A stretch of 64,000 bases of DNA from Escherichia phage P479, in sequence record MW269952.1; one strand, given 5' to 3'. Numbering within the stretch: the stretch's first letter is position 1; each line of letters opens with the position of its first letter. The notes beneath the pieces are model-generated. The model did no database searches. It worked only from the letters and a program-made list of their open reading frames with translations, and was not told where the DNA came from. Shown here piece by piece: positions 9,175-18,435 of this stretch. Position numbers and translations under genes: made by a program.

Positions 9175-10670
9175 AGTTCCACATGTTTCACTACATAGTT
9201 AAAACGTTCATCAGCATATCGTTGAATACGTTCAAGGCCGTGTTTAAGAAGATAGTTCAAATGAACATATTTCTTTTTAGCGTTTGCTGATTTAGGACGG
9301 ACCCCCATGTCGTCAACGATATCCCAAACATTTGCTTGCGATTTGGATGCGTGTTTTCGAAGTACACGACCGATTGTTTGAAGGACAATTACCTTTGATT
9401 TTACACCGTGGGCGAAAATAATATGATGGAGGTTTTTAACGGAAATCCCCGTCGAGAATACACCGTATGAAGCTACAACAATAATTCCCTTTCCATTCTC
9501 TGCCATGACCTTCAGAGCATTACGGGTTTCGGTATCGACTTCCCCAGAAACATAATACACTTTTTCATGACCAGCTTCTTTAAGCATTTCAAACATCGAT
9601 TTGCCGTGCTCGATATTCTTAAACATCAAAAAGACGTTTTCATCTTTTTTAGAAAGCTTGAGTGCAAGGTTTGTTACCCATTTATTTCGGCGTGTAGCTT
9701 TTGTAATTACCTTGATTTCATCCTGATAAGTTTTACCTTTCATTTTAACGGTGAATTCATCAGGGTAACGAAGGAAAATACTATTTATTTTAAGGTCAGT
9801 AACCTGACCATCTTCCATCAATTTCGATGTTGATACTGGTTTAAAGATATCACCAAACAGACCCATATATTGCATAAGGTTGGCTTTGCCATCACGGAGT
9901 GAACCTGACAGACCAAATTTAAACATGCAATTCGTAAGGCCTTCGATAACCGTCGAAATCGATTTACCTGTAGCCATGTGGCATTCGTCATTCATAAACT
10001 GGCCAAACTGTTCAAACCATTCTTTAGGTTGTTTTACAGCCGTCTGATAAGTCGATACATAAATCATCGCATCAGAATCGCGTTTAGTCCCAGAACGAAT
10101 ACCCAGACAAGCTGCACGAGGGAAAAGCCGATAATCAACAAAGTCATTAATCATCTGGTCAACAAGGGCCGTTGTAGGAACAAGGATAAGCACCTTGCCT
10201 TCATAGTTCTCGAGATAATATCGCGCCAGAAGCGCCTGGATGAGGCTTTTACCTGCAGACGTAGGTAAGTTCAGAATCTTTCTTCTGTTGACCAGACCAT
10301 CATATACGGCGTCAGATTGATACCAATGGGGCGTTATCTTGGTATTGCCTGAATAGATTTCTTTTGACTCGACCCATTTGTCGAATTCTTCGCGAGAGAT
10401 TTCTTCTTTCTCGGTGATTTGCGGGTCAATCCAGAATGAATAACCAAACTGGTCAGCGAACTTTTTAATTTGATTAACCAAACCGTATGGTAATTTACGA
10501 TTGTAATCCAGGAGGCGGATTCGTCCGTCCCAAACTCCCTGCTTGAACTTTGGATTGAAGCGATAGTTTTCAGCTTCGAAGCTGAAGTAATCACGGAGTT
10601 CGTAGAAGATTCCATCTTCACATTCAACATGCACGTGACTAAAATTTAGAAAGTTGATTTTAATATCCAT
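9171..10670 (-). CDS. uvsW: UvsW RNA-DNA/DNA-DNA helicase
   Basis: Near-collinear match to T4 UvsW from MDIKINF...; Walker A LPTSAGKS, DECH box; start placed at internal ATG 10670. Confidence 0.92.
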   Translation of the reverse strand: MDIKINFLNFSHVHVECEDGIFYELRDYFSFEAENYRFNPKFKQGVWDGRIRLLDYNRKLPYGLVNQIKKFADQFGYSFWIDPQITEKEEISREEFDKWVESKEIYSGNTKITPHWYQSDAVYDGLVNRRKILNLPTSAGKSLIQALLARYYLENYEGKVLILVPTTALVDQMINDFVDYRLFPRAACLGIRSGTKRDSDAMIYVSTYQTAVKQPKEWFEQFGQFMNDECHMATGKSISTVIEGLTNCMFKFGLSGSLRDGKANLMQYMGLFGDIFKPVSTSKLMEDGQVTDLKINSIFLRYPDEFTVKMKGKTYQDEIKVITKATRRNKWVTNLALKLSKKDENVFLMFKNIEHGKSMFEMLKEAGHEKVYYVSGEVDTETRNALKVMAENGKGIIVVASYGVFSTGISVKNLHHIIFAHGVKSKVIVLQTIGRVLRKHASKSQANVWDIVDDMGVRPKSANAKKKYVHLNYLLKHGLERIQRYADERFNYVVKHVEL

Positions 10671-10698
10671 GATGATTCCAAGGTAATAAATATATCTA

Positions 10699-10706
10699 TA
10701 TTTATA
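10699..10706 (-). promoter_or_regulatory. late promoter TATAAATA upstream of uvsW
   Basis: Plus-strand TATTTATA about 29 nt upstream of the uvsW start. Confidence 0.4.
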
Positions 10707-10724
10707 CACTAACCGAGGTTCATC

Positions 10725-11390
10725 ATGATTGACAAGAACTACATTGAGGAAATTCGTGTCCTCGAGAAAAAAGAAGCCAAAGAAAAATTAGCCGAATATG
10801 CAGCATCACTTGGTGTTGATGTTAAGAAAACAAAAACCTTTGATAATATGTTGGCTGACCTGGAAGCAGGACTTAAAGCATTTGCTGACATGCCTATGCC
10901 TGATGATAATGAAGGCCTGAGCATCACTGACCTTATCGATGCCGATGATGAATTGTCAGGTGCTAAATTTGATGGTGATGAGTCAGCTAAAGAAGAAGCT
11001 AAGCTCTTATTTGATGCTCCAACCGAAGCAAAGGTTGAAGTTGTTGAAATCGAAGAACCAGTTGTTGTGGTTGAAGAAGATGCTCCTTTTGTCGAAGAAA
11101 AGTTCGAAGCTGCTGTTGCTAAGGTTATCGAATCTGAAAAACCCGTATTTGCTCTGCCAAAAAACTTTAGCCCGAATTTAATGCTTATTGGTAAGAACCC
11201 TGGATTCTGCACTGTTCCATGGTGGATTTATCAGTGGATTGCCGAGACTCCAGATTGGAAAGAACGTCCAACTGCTTTCCCACATCCCACCGCACACCAA
11301 ACTCTATTCAGTTTGATTTATTACATCAATCGTAATGGGTCTGTTCTAGTACGAGAAACTCGTAACTCATCTTTTGTCACTTTAAAATAA
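10725..11390 (+). CDS. inh: Inh, inhibitor of prohead protease (hoc-adjacent)
   Basis: 221 aa (T4 Inh 226 aa), acidic central region, immediately upstream of hoc as in T4. Confidence 0.7.
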   Translation: MIDKNYIEEIRVLEKKEAKEKLAEYAASLGVDVKKTKTFDNMLADLEAGLKAFADMPMPDDNEGLSITDLIDADDELSGAKFDGDESAKEEAKLLFDAPTEAKVEVVEIEEPVVVVEEDAPFVEEKFEAAVAKVIESEKPVFALPKNFSPNLMLIGKNPGFCTVPWWIYQWIAETPDWKERPTAFPHPTAHQTLFSLIYYINRNGSVLVRETRNSSFVTLK

Positions 11391-11399
11391 GGGTTTATT

Positions 11400-12533
11400 A
11401 TGGCTTATACCGTAACTATTGCTCCTTTGGCGGCTACGGCCGTTATTGGGGCAACAACAAATTTCACTGCAACCGGTTCCGGTGCTGCAGCTGAAGGTAC
11501 CGAATCATTTGTCTGGACCGTTGATGGCGTTCCTCAATCTTCTGTGACTGCTGCAATGGATTATGTCGCTGTTGGTCCAGCAGGCAGTAAGACTATTAAA
11601 GTTGTTGCAACCACCACTCCGGCAGACGGGGAACCGGAAACTGCTGAAGCTGAAACAACTTTAACTATCCAGAATAAAACAATGCCGGCAATCACGCTGA
11701 CTTTAGACCCGGCCTCTGTTACTAAAGAAATAGGGCAATCTCAAGTTGTTACTGCTAACGTGACAGGCGCTCCTTCTGGTGCAACAATCGCTTATGTTTG
11801 GAAACGAAATGCCGACGTAATCCCAGGACAAACTGGTAAAACAATCACCGTCACCGAATCGGCTGAAGCAAATTATACATTGAACTGTGAAGTTACTGTT
11901 TCAGCAGCAGATTATGATAATGGCACAGCAACTGAAGGTGCTGCTGTTATCTTTGTTAAGAAAACTATGTCAGGTGTTTCTGTAACATTAACCCCAGAAT
12001 CAATTAATGTTCCGGAAGACACCCCAGCCTCTTTTAAAGCGGATGTAGTCGGCGCACCGAGTGGAGCTACTTTTGCCTATTCTTGGAAGAAAGACGGTTC
12101 TCCTGTGGTTGGCAACACGGATACTCTAGCAATCGATACAAGCGCTGAAGGTTCACAGGTTATTGAAGTTTCTGTTGTGGTTTCGGCGACTGATTATAAC
12201 CCGGCGACTGTCACAAAAACTGGTAATGTAACAGTCACGGCTAAAGTCGCACCAGTTCCAGATGGTGAACTACCTTACGTTCATCCGCTGCCAGTTCGTA
12301 ATTCAGCTTATATCTGGTGTGGTTGGTGGGTTATGGACGAAATTCAGAAAATGACTCTTGCTGGACAAGACTGGAAAACTGATGCTCCAGATAGCCCGTA
12401 TTATTTGCACCGATATACACTTCAAAAAATGATTACCGACTATCCAGAGGTTGATGTACAAGAATCTCGTAACGGTCGAATTATTCATCGCACCGCTTTA
12501 GAAGCTGGTATTATATACGATTACGTTTATTAA
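11400..12533 (+). CDS. hoc: Hoc, highly immunogenic outer capsid protein
   Basis: 377 aa; repeated Ig-like segments and C-terminal capsid-binding block PYVHPLP.R.SAYIWCGWWVMDEIQKMT...YYLHRYTLQKM as in T4 Hoc. Confidence 0.9.
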   Translation: MAYTVTIAPLAATAVIGATTNFTATGSGAAAEGTESFVWTVDGVPQSSVTAAMDYVAVGPAGSKTIKVVATTTPADGEPETAEAETTLTIQNKTMPAITLTLDPASVTKEIGQSQVVTANVTGAPSGATIAYVWKRNADVIPGQTGKTITVTESAEANYTLNCEVTVSAADYDNGTATEGAAVIFVKKTMSGVSVTLTPESINVPEDTPASFKADVVGAPSGATFAYSWKKDGSPVVGNTDTLAIDTSAEGSQVIEVSVVVSATDYNPATVTKTGNVTVTAKVAPVPDGELPYVHPLPVRNSAYIWCGWWVMDEIQKMTLAGQDWKTDAPDSPYYLHRYTLQKMITDYPEVDVQESRNGRIIHRTALEAGIIYDYVY

Positions 12534-12540
12534 TTAAAAA

Positions 12541-12566
12541 GGGACCTTCGGGTCCCTTTGTTTTTA
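12541..12566 (+). terminator. intrinsic terminator (GGGACC-TTCG-GGTCCC plus T-run) after hoc
   Basis: Perfect 6-bp GC-rich stem, tetraloop, followed by TTTGTTTTT. Confidence 0.6.
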
Positions 12567-12649
12567 TGGTACTGTACAAACGTTGCCTGGCATAAAAACC
12601 CTGTTTACAAGTTAAAAATTCTATGATAGGATAGCTTCACTAACTCAAC

Positions 12650-12853
12650 ATGAGAATCATTATGGATAAGGTTAAAGTACATTTTCTGCATGAATCTGGT
12701 ATGACATTTATTGAAATCGCCAAGGTATTAGGCGGGACTGCTAAAGAGATGGCAAAGGCCTGGGTTGATGTAGAACAAGCTAAAGCTAAATTTAAAACGA
12801 AAGAAAAGATTGTTTATCGTAAACGTTTGAATAACAAAAAGGTGAAGAAATGA
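12650..12853 (+). CDS. hypothetical protein (24.3-like position)
   Basis: 67-aa ORF between hoc and rnlB; start uncertain (ATG 12650 or 12662). Confidence 0.4.
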   Translation: MRIIMDKVKVHFLHESGMTFIEIAKVLGGTAKEMAKAWVDVEQAKAKFKTKEKIVYRKRLNNKKVKK

Positions 12854-13113
12854 CATTCGCAGAAGAACTACGTCAAATCGCAAAAGAATCCCAAGATAAA
12901 GTTGCAAATGACTTTATTGCTATATTCCGCAAAGTGGCAGTTGCCGCCGCTGAAAATGGCAAAGATGCTGTTAATATGGCAGTTTCTGAAAAAGAGTATG
13001 AAGAAGGAAACCGCGCAAAGATATCTGAATTTCTGCGAGCAGAAAAATTTACATCATTTACCTGGAATTATGATTGGCAAGAAGCCAAGCCAATGCTGTA
13101 TGTAAAATTCTGA
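12850..13113 (+). CDS. hypothetical protein (24.2-like position)
   Basis: 87-aa ORF, ATGA overlap with upstream ORF. Confidence 0.45.
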   Translation: MTFAEELRQIAKESQDKVANDFIAIFRKVAVAAAENGKDAVNMAVSEKEYEEGNRAKISEFLRAEKFTSFTWNYDWQEAKPMLYVKF

Positions 13114-13120
13114 CCCTTTT

Positions 13121-13158
13121 TGCTTCAAATAAAAATGCGGTATAATGGTTCTAGACCC
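13121..13158 (+). promoter_or_regulatory. middle-type promoter (TGCTTCA, 13-nt spacer, TATAAT, GGTTCTAGACCCC) upstream of rnlB
   Basis: MotA-box-like TGCTTCA 13121-13127; TATAAT 13141-13146; same module as at 7077. Confidence 0.5.
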
Positions 13159-13240
13159 CTTTGCGACTATTAATTCCTTTCAGAGAAAGTATAGTGGGTC
13201 TAATTTATAATGATATTTATAACATCAAAAGTGAGAGATT

Positions 13241-14248
13241 ATGTTTAAGAAATACAACAGCCTTGAAAATCACTATAACAACAAGTTCATTGAAAAGATT
13301 CGCCTGCAAGGCTTCACCAGCGGTGAATGGGTAGCTCGCGAGAAGATTCATGGTACCAACTTTTCATTAATCATTGAACAAGACAATGTGACATGTGCGA
13401 AACGCACTGGACCTATCCTGCCTGCAGAAGATTTCTATGGTTATGAAATTGTACTAAAGAATTATGCTGATTCTATTAAATCTGTGCAGAAACTTTTGCA
13501 GGATATTAATTACCAGGCATACCAGATTTACGGTGAGTTTGCCGGGACAGGTATCCAGAAGAATGTGGATTACGGTGATAAAGATTTTTATGTATTTGAT
13601 ATCCGCGTTACTAAAGAAGATGGTTTTGAATCCGTCCTGACTGACACACTTATGGAAGCCTTTTGTATTATTCATAAGTTTAAAGTTGCCCCGCGCCTGG
13701 CTACAGGTAGTTTTGAAGAATTAATTAAGCTACCTAATGACCTGGATTCTGTGGTCCCTGATTACAATTTTACAGTGGATAACGCAGGATTGACTACAGC
13801 AAATACCACTGATTTTGATGCAAAGGTGGAAGGTAAAGTATTCACTGCTGAAGGATTTGTATTAAAACCTGATGTTCCTGCATGGTTACCTAACGGCGAG
13901 CGTGTAGCGATTAAATGTAAGAACTCTAAATTCAGTGAAAAGAAAAAGTCTGATAAGCCTATTAAGGCTGCAGTGGTTCTGAGCCAAAATGATATGGATT
14001 TACTGTGGAATTTCACTGATTATGTGACTGTTAACCGTATCAACAATGTTATCAGTAAAATTGGGGAAGTAACACCGAAGGATTTTGGAAAGGTAATGGG
14101 GTTAACAGTTCAAGATATTCTGGAAGAAGCCGGGCGCGAAGGTCTTGAATTGTCCCTGACGGAAAATCCTGTTGAAGTTAAAAAGCAACTCATCGCAAAT
14201 GTAAGAGAAACATTAAGACATGTTTGGATTGCATTAGTTAGTGAATAA
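13241..14248 (+). CDS. rnlB: RNA ligase 2 (Rnl2)
   Basis: 335 aa; nucleotidyltransferase lysine motif KIHGTN near residue 35; collinear with T4 Rnl2. Confidence 0.92.
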   Translation: MFKKYNSLENHYNNKFIEKIRLQGFTSGEWVAREKIHGTNFSLIIEQDNVTCAKRTGPILPAEDFYGYEIVLKNYADSIKSVQKLLQDINYQAYQIYGEFAGTGIQKNVDYGDKDFYVFDIRVTKEDGFESVLTDTLMEAFCIIHKFKVAPRLATGSFEELIKLPNDLDSVVPDYNFTVDNAGLTTANTTDFDAKVEGKVFTAEGFVLKPDVPAWLPNGERVAIKCKNSKFSEKKKSDKPIKAAVVLSQNDMDLLWNFTDYVTVNRINNVISKIGEVTPKDFGKVMGLTVQDILEEAGREGLELSLTENPVEVKKQLIANVRETLRHVWIALVSE

Positions 14249-14255
14249 AAATAAA

Positions 14256-14277
14256 GGGACCCGAAGGTCCCTTTTTT
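14256..14277. terminator. bidirectional intrinsic terminator (GGGACC-CGAA-GGTCCC) between convergent rnlB and gene 24
   Basis: Hairpin flanked by A-run upstream and T-run downstream, so it is followed by a U-run on either strand. Confidence 0.6.
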
Positions 14278-15556
14278 AATTTATTTCAGTCAGAACTTTA
14301 GGAAGTTTCACACCAAGCAGTACAGACATATCTGAACGTCCTGCCATCAAATCCATATTTGTTGCATCAATAATACGAGCTTGTTTATCATCAGCAGTCA
14401 CTGTATAAGGGTTAGCTGCTAACGCATAACGAACCATTAATGCAATAGACGGCTGCAAACTTTCTGGGTCAACGACAACTTTGAACGAACCAACATGTTC
14501 AGGGTCTTCCAGGTCAAGACCTTCGGTATAAGGTGCATAAAACAGTGAACCCACCATCTCTTTCCCACCGAAATCTTCTTTAACACCAACAGTCACATAA
14601 TCAAATGGAGTGTTCGTATCGCAATAAAGCGGTAGACCATTATCCAAGAAACCATACGCATTATCGGAGAGATATTTCTCATCTTGTGGACGATGCTTCA
14701 ACCAACCGGAACCAGCCAAAACTGCAGCTACACGCGTAGAAGCAACAACGTATGTTGCGGTGTAAGAAGTTGCCCGCTGAATATGGGAGACCATCTCACA
14801 CATGATTTCGTACAACTTGCGTGAAGCTTCCGGAGAGTTGGTATAAGACAGGTCAATCAGGCCATCATCACAGAGCCCAGCAACTTTATAACGCTTGGAA
14901 ACTGTTACCAGGGATTGCAGGATATCTTTGTTAATTTCATCAGCCATTTCGGTAGCTAACAGGTCTTCCAGGAAGTTTGGAGCGTCAAAACCGTTTGCTT
15001 CCAGGTCCTGGGCCAGTTCCACTGTAACAGTGCTTTTCAGCTTACGAGATTTAACCGGAGCATTCCATTTGTTAACCAAAAATTTAGCTTCGGCAATTTC
15101 AACTTCCTGTGGTCCTTCAAAACGTTCGGTGATTGCAGCTTCGGACATAATACGGATGGTCAATTTAACCATCGCTTCTTGAAGCTGGTCATACTCATCG
15201 CCCGTTGCTCCAGCAAATGGAGTTGCTACCAGCGCTTTATAAACTACATTTTCAAACTGGAACAAATCGTCTTTAGCATAAACTGCGCCAGCAACAAAAA
15301 CCGGAATGGTCGCACGGTCTTTTGCTGATACTGCACCAGAATAGGTTGCACCAGTCTGGAAAGATAATTCATCTTGCTGAGTCAGGTATTTAAGACCGTA
15401 TAATGCCGCCAGTGGCTGGGATGTGCGCTGTTGTGCTACTAAATCGGTGTAAATCAGTTTAGTCGTAGCTCTGGTTAAAGCTACTAGATTCGGTCGACCA
15501 ATCGAAGAACTTGTGGTCGTGGTCGACTCTTTTAAGAGTTCGTTAATTTTAGCCAT
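14276..15556 (-). CDS. 24: capsid vertex protein gp24
   Basis: 426 aa (T4 gp24 427 aa); paralogous to the gp23 fold; directly downstream of gene 23. Confidence 0.9.
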   Translation of the reverse strand: MAKINELLKESTTTTSSSIGRPNLVALTRATTKLIYTDLVAQQRTSQPLAALYGLKYLTQQDELSFQTGATYSGAVSAKDRATIPVFVAGAVYAKDDLFQFENVVYKALVATPFAGATGDEYDQLQEAMVKLTIRIMSEAAITERFEGPQEVEIAEAKFLVNKWNAPVKSRKLKSTVTVELAQDLEANGFDAPNFLEDLLATEMADEINKDILQSLVTVSKRYKVAGLCDDGLIDLSYTNSPEASRKLYEIMCEMVSHIQRATSYTATYVVASTRVAAVLAGSGWLKHRPQDEKYLSDNAYGFLDNGLPLYCDTNTPFDYVTVGVKEDFGGKEMVGSLFYAPYTEGLDLEDPEHVGSFKVVVDPESLQPSIALMVRYALAANPYTVTADDKQARIIDATNMDLMAGRSDMSVLLGVKLPKVLTEIN

Positions 15557-15581
15557 TGCTATTTCCTTTTGTGATATACTT

Positions 15582-15589
15582 TATTTATA
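15582..15589 (-). promoter_or_regulatory. late promoter TATAAATA for gene 24
   Basis: Plus-strand TATTTATA 26 nt upstream of the gene 24 start. Confidence 0.4.
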
Positions 15590-15595
15590 AAAGTT

Positions 15596-15642
15596 GTTTA
15601 CAACCAGATTAAGATAAGACATAATGATTCCATACTGAGTTA
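15596..15642 (+). promoter_or_regulatory. early-type promoter (GTTTAC -35, CATAAT -10) with conserved ATAATGATTCCATACTGAGTTA module
   Basis: GTTTAC 15596-15601 and CATAAT 15620-15625; the downstream 22-nt module recurs at 54469 and 55513. Confidence 0.45.
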
Positions 15643-15666
15643 ACAAACAAAACCTGGAGTTTAAAA

Positions 15667-15948
15667 ATGAACAAAGCAACTTTCCTTCTGAACACCTTTA
15701 AAAATCTGGAAATTGAAGTTATTGCCTTGGTCAACAAATACCCAAATGGTGTTAATGGTAATGCTCTGAACAAACTAGTTAAAAAATATGAAAACTTAGC
15801 ATATGACACTGATTTCTGGTGGAATGGTAATTATTCTACTCACACTAAAGATAAAAATTGTAACTGGTTGAAACTTCAAGAAAACAATGTTAACTTCAGA
15901 GACCTCATCAAGCGCCGGGTAGAAGTTCATTTAAATGGTATGGTATGA
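15667..15948 (+). CDS. hypothetical protein between genes 23 and 24 (opposite strand to both)
   Basis: 93-aa ORF with its own promoter-like element and terminator; occupies the slot where T4 carries segD. Confidence 0.5.
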   Translation: MNKATFLLNTFKNLEIEVIALVNKYPNGVNGNALNKLVKKYENLAYDTDFWWNGNYSTHTKDKNCNWLKLQENNVNFRDLIKRRVEVHLNGMV

Positions 15949-15956
15949 AAACAAGA

Positions 15957-15980
15957 AAGGGACCTCAAGGGTCCCTTTTT
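15957..15980 (+). terminator. intrinsic terminator (GGGACC-TCAAG-GGTCCC plus TTTTT)
   Basis: Hairpin plus T-run after the 15667-15948 ORF; also downstream of the gene 23 stop on the other strand. Confidence 0.55.
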
Positions 15981-15998
15981 ATTTAACTTAATCTAGGA

Positions 15999-17558
15999 TT
16001 AAATTCCTTTAACATATACGCGGCGGAAGTAACCGTTCAAGCCAAGGCTGTTAACGATGTCCGGCATGCCGTTCTGAATGCGCTTGGTCGGAGCCTGAGC
16101 AGCAGGGTCAGCAAACGGGTTGATACCGATACCGTAACGGGTTTTGAAGCCCATAACCGGCTGGAAGTTTTTCGGGTCAGAACCACGCAGCGGGGTCAGT
16201 GCAACATATGGTGCGTAGTAGATACCAGCATCCATTTCGTTAGCGCCTTTGTAACCAATGGTGAAGTAATCTGCACGAGCATACTGGTCGATATAGACAC
16301 GGTATTTGCCACCCAGAACACCAGCGAACACAGCTTTAGTGGTGTCAACGTTGAAACCTTTACCCAGACCCTGAGCAGCATAACTAACAGAAGTATCAAC
16401 AGCAGCCAGCACGTTAACTACGTTACGGGAAGCGATGATGAAGTTACCTGCACCACGACCGGTCTGACGAGCGATTTCAGCGGCTTCTTTATCAATCTGG
16501 AACAGTAAAGCTTTGAAGCTTTCACCAGCCCAACGAGCACCACGGATATCAATCGGGTCCTGGAAGTCAAACACACCAGCTTTAGCACCAACGGTGTTGG
16601 TCATACCAGATTTACCAACCTGTGCGGAGTAGTTAATCCAATCGATAACTTCGCGGTTGATTTCCAGCATAATTTCGGTAGCCAGAATACCACTCAATTC
16701 GGCATCAGCATCCATACCGTGAACAGCGCGGAGGTCCTGTGCCAGTTCGATGGAGTAGCTTGCTTTCAGCTGACGGGATTTAGCTTCGATAACTTGTTTG
16801 TCGATGCGGAAGCCCATTTCGTTCCACGGGTTATCAGAGGAACCGTTAAAACCTTCTTGCAGTTCGGCGATGGAGGTAGCCATACCTTCAGCCAATTCAG
16901 CCAGCTGACCAGCTTCGAGCAGTTTGGTAACTTCAGCGTCAAGTTTAGCAGCATCGGTAGCAGCAGCATCAACAGTTACAGCTTCAACAGCCTGGAAGTG
17001 TGCAGAACCGGTTGCTTCGAAGAAGTGAGAATAAATTTTACCAACTTCCAGAACTTTGCTTGCAGCCAGTGCTTCAAAAGTCTTAGCAGCGCCCTGACCA
17101 GAGAACATAGCGTTCGGAGCATACATCGGATGGAAAGCTTCTTTAGCACCAGATGCAACAGGGTCTTTACCGTATACTGCACGCAGTGCAAATACCTGGC
17201 CAGTCGGGTTGTTCAGAGGCTGTACGCCACAAATGTCAAACGCAATCAGATGCGGGATAGCACGACGAACCATACCCATAACTGCCGGCCCAATCTGAGT
17301 TACTGCACCAGAGGTCTGGCCAGCAGCAATATTGGTAGCATCATAACCATGGTCACCACCGATTTCAGCTTCGGTCAGGAAAGAACCAAATGCTTCGGAG
17401 ATTTTTTCGTCACGGTATTCAGGAGCGGTCAGAATATCTTGTTCCTGGTTTTCAAAGATTTTAGCGATGATAGCTTGTTTAGAAGCACCAACGATTTCCG
17501 GAAGAGCTTCGTTTTCCAGCAGAGCGGACCATTTTTGAACTAATGCATTCTTTTTCAT
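15999..17558 (-). CDS. 23: major capsid protein gp23
   Basis: 519 aa; near-collinear with T4 gp23 (521 aa), including the N-terminal propeptide region. Confidence 0.95.
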   Translation of the reverse strand: MKKNALVQKWSALLENEALPEIVGASKQAIIAKIFENQEQDILTAPEYRDEKISEAFGSFLTEAEIGGDHGYDATNIAAGQTSGAVTQIGPAVMGMVRRAIPHLIAFDICGVQPLNNPTGQVFALRAVYGKDPVASGAKEAFHPMYAPNAMFSGQGAAKTFEALAASKVLEVGKIYSHFFEATGSAHFQAVEAVTVDAAATDAAKLDAEVTKLLEAGQLAELAEGMATSIAELQEGFNGSSDNPWNEMGFRIDKQVIEAKSRQLKASYSIELAQDLRAVHGMDADAELSGILATEIMLEINREVIDWINYSAQVGKSGMTNTVGAKAGVFDFQDPIDIRGARWAGESFKALLFQIDKEAAEIARQTGRGAGNFIIASRNVVNVLAAVDTSVSYAAQGLGKGFNVDTTKAVFAGVLGGKYRVYIDQYARADYFTIGYKGANEMDAGIYYAPYVALTPLRGSDPKNFQPVMGFKTRYGIGINPFADPAAQAPTKRIQNGMPDIVNSLGLNGYFRRVYVKGI

Positions 17559-17579
17559 GTGTTGTATAACCTTATTAAA

Positions 17580-18398
17580 TTAAGAAATTCGTGATGCTGC
17601 GAGAGCAGACAAGTCCGCGAAGGACAGGGTAGGCTTGGCGCCTTTTTCTTCAACTGCTTCTGAAATGTAATTCAGTGCCGCAGCATCGTCTACATTTTTA
17701 TTTATAGCGGCTTCGGTGATTGGTTTGTCGGTGGGTTCTACCTGACCTTTAACCATTTCAACGATAGCGCCAATTTTGGTACCGAATGCATCAGAGTATT
17801 CCATGCCTTCTACCAGAGAACCAACTTTTTCTTTCTGAGATTCAGTCAGGTCTTTAGTTGCTTCAGTCAACGCAACTTCACGTTGGACATAATTGATATA
17901 AGCATCACGCTTAGAAACTTCTTCGAACAGGCTAGCGGTTTCTTCTTTCTGTTCAGCCAGTTCTTCCTGCATTTCTGCGACAACATCGACAGATTCTTCC
18001 GGAACAACAACGTTGTGCTCAACGAACAGTTCTTTCATGCCGGTGAACATGGATTCGAACAGGTCAGCTTTAATGCCACGGTCGACAGCCAGTTTATTTT
18101 CAGCAAGCCATTCTTTAGCAACGTGGTCCAGGAATTTAGCTGCAGATTCTTTCAGTTTTTTCTCTGCTTTTTCGTCGGATTCTTCTTTATTCTTTTCGAC
18201 TTCTTCTTCAGCTTTTTCAGCGATGGCGTGAATGTGAGATTCTGCCAGTTTGATGGCGTGTTGCTTGACGGTAGCTTCGAATACAGTGCCGAAGGTAGCT
18301 TTCGCTTCCGGGGACAAATTAACTGATTCGAAAATACTATCGAGAGCAACGGAAGCATCGATATTCTGAGCTTCGGCAATGAGTTGTTCTTTAAGCAT
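17580..18398 (-). CDS. 22: prohead core scaffold protein gp22
   Basis: 272 aa, highly acidic alpha-helical protein upstream of gene 23 (T4 gp22 269 aa). Confidence 0.85.
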   Translation of the reverse strand: MLKEQLIAEAQNIDASVALDSIFESVNLSPEAKATFGTVFEATVKQHAIKLAESHIHAIAEKAEEEVEKNKEESDEKAEKKLKESAAKFLDHVAKEWLAENKLAVDRGIKADLFESMFTGMKELFVEHNVVVPEESVDVVAEMQEELAEQKEETASLFEEVSKRDAYINYVQREVALTEATKDLTESQKEKVGSLVEGMEYSDAFGTKIGAIVEMVKGQVEPTDKPITEAAINKNVDDAAALNYISEAVEEKGAKPTLSFADLSALAASRIS

Positions 18399-18427
18399 TT
18401 TGTAGTCCTGTTGTTAAGATATACATT

Positions 18428-18435
18428 TATTTATA
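18428..18435 (-). promoter_or_regulatory. late promoter TATAAATA for gene 22
   Basis: Plus-strand TATTTATA 30 nt upstream of the gene 22 start. Confidence 0.4.

Noticed and set aside
10671-10709. N-terminal extensions in the ORF track (uvsW from 10709, gene 7 from 39873, wac from 30767, gene 19 from 21925, gene 53 from 45595, gene 3 from 48219, first IP-like gene from 50271)
   Set aside because: Alignment to T4 N-termini and Shine-Dalgarno positions favour internal ATG starts. Several extended starts overlap the upstream gene or fall inside a promoter or tRNA.
16719-17543. 274-aa plus-strand ORF antisense within gene 23 (and similar antisense ORFs, e.g. 22402-23418 in gene 18, 17883-18326 in gene 22, 2935-3339 in gene 29, 10739-11212 in inh)
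   Set aside because: They lie entirely inside well-supported structural genes on the opposite strand, have low-complexity composition and no ribosome-binding sites; typical spurious antisense frames.
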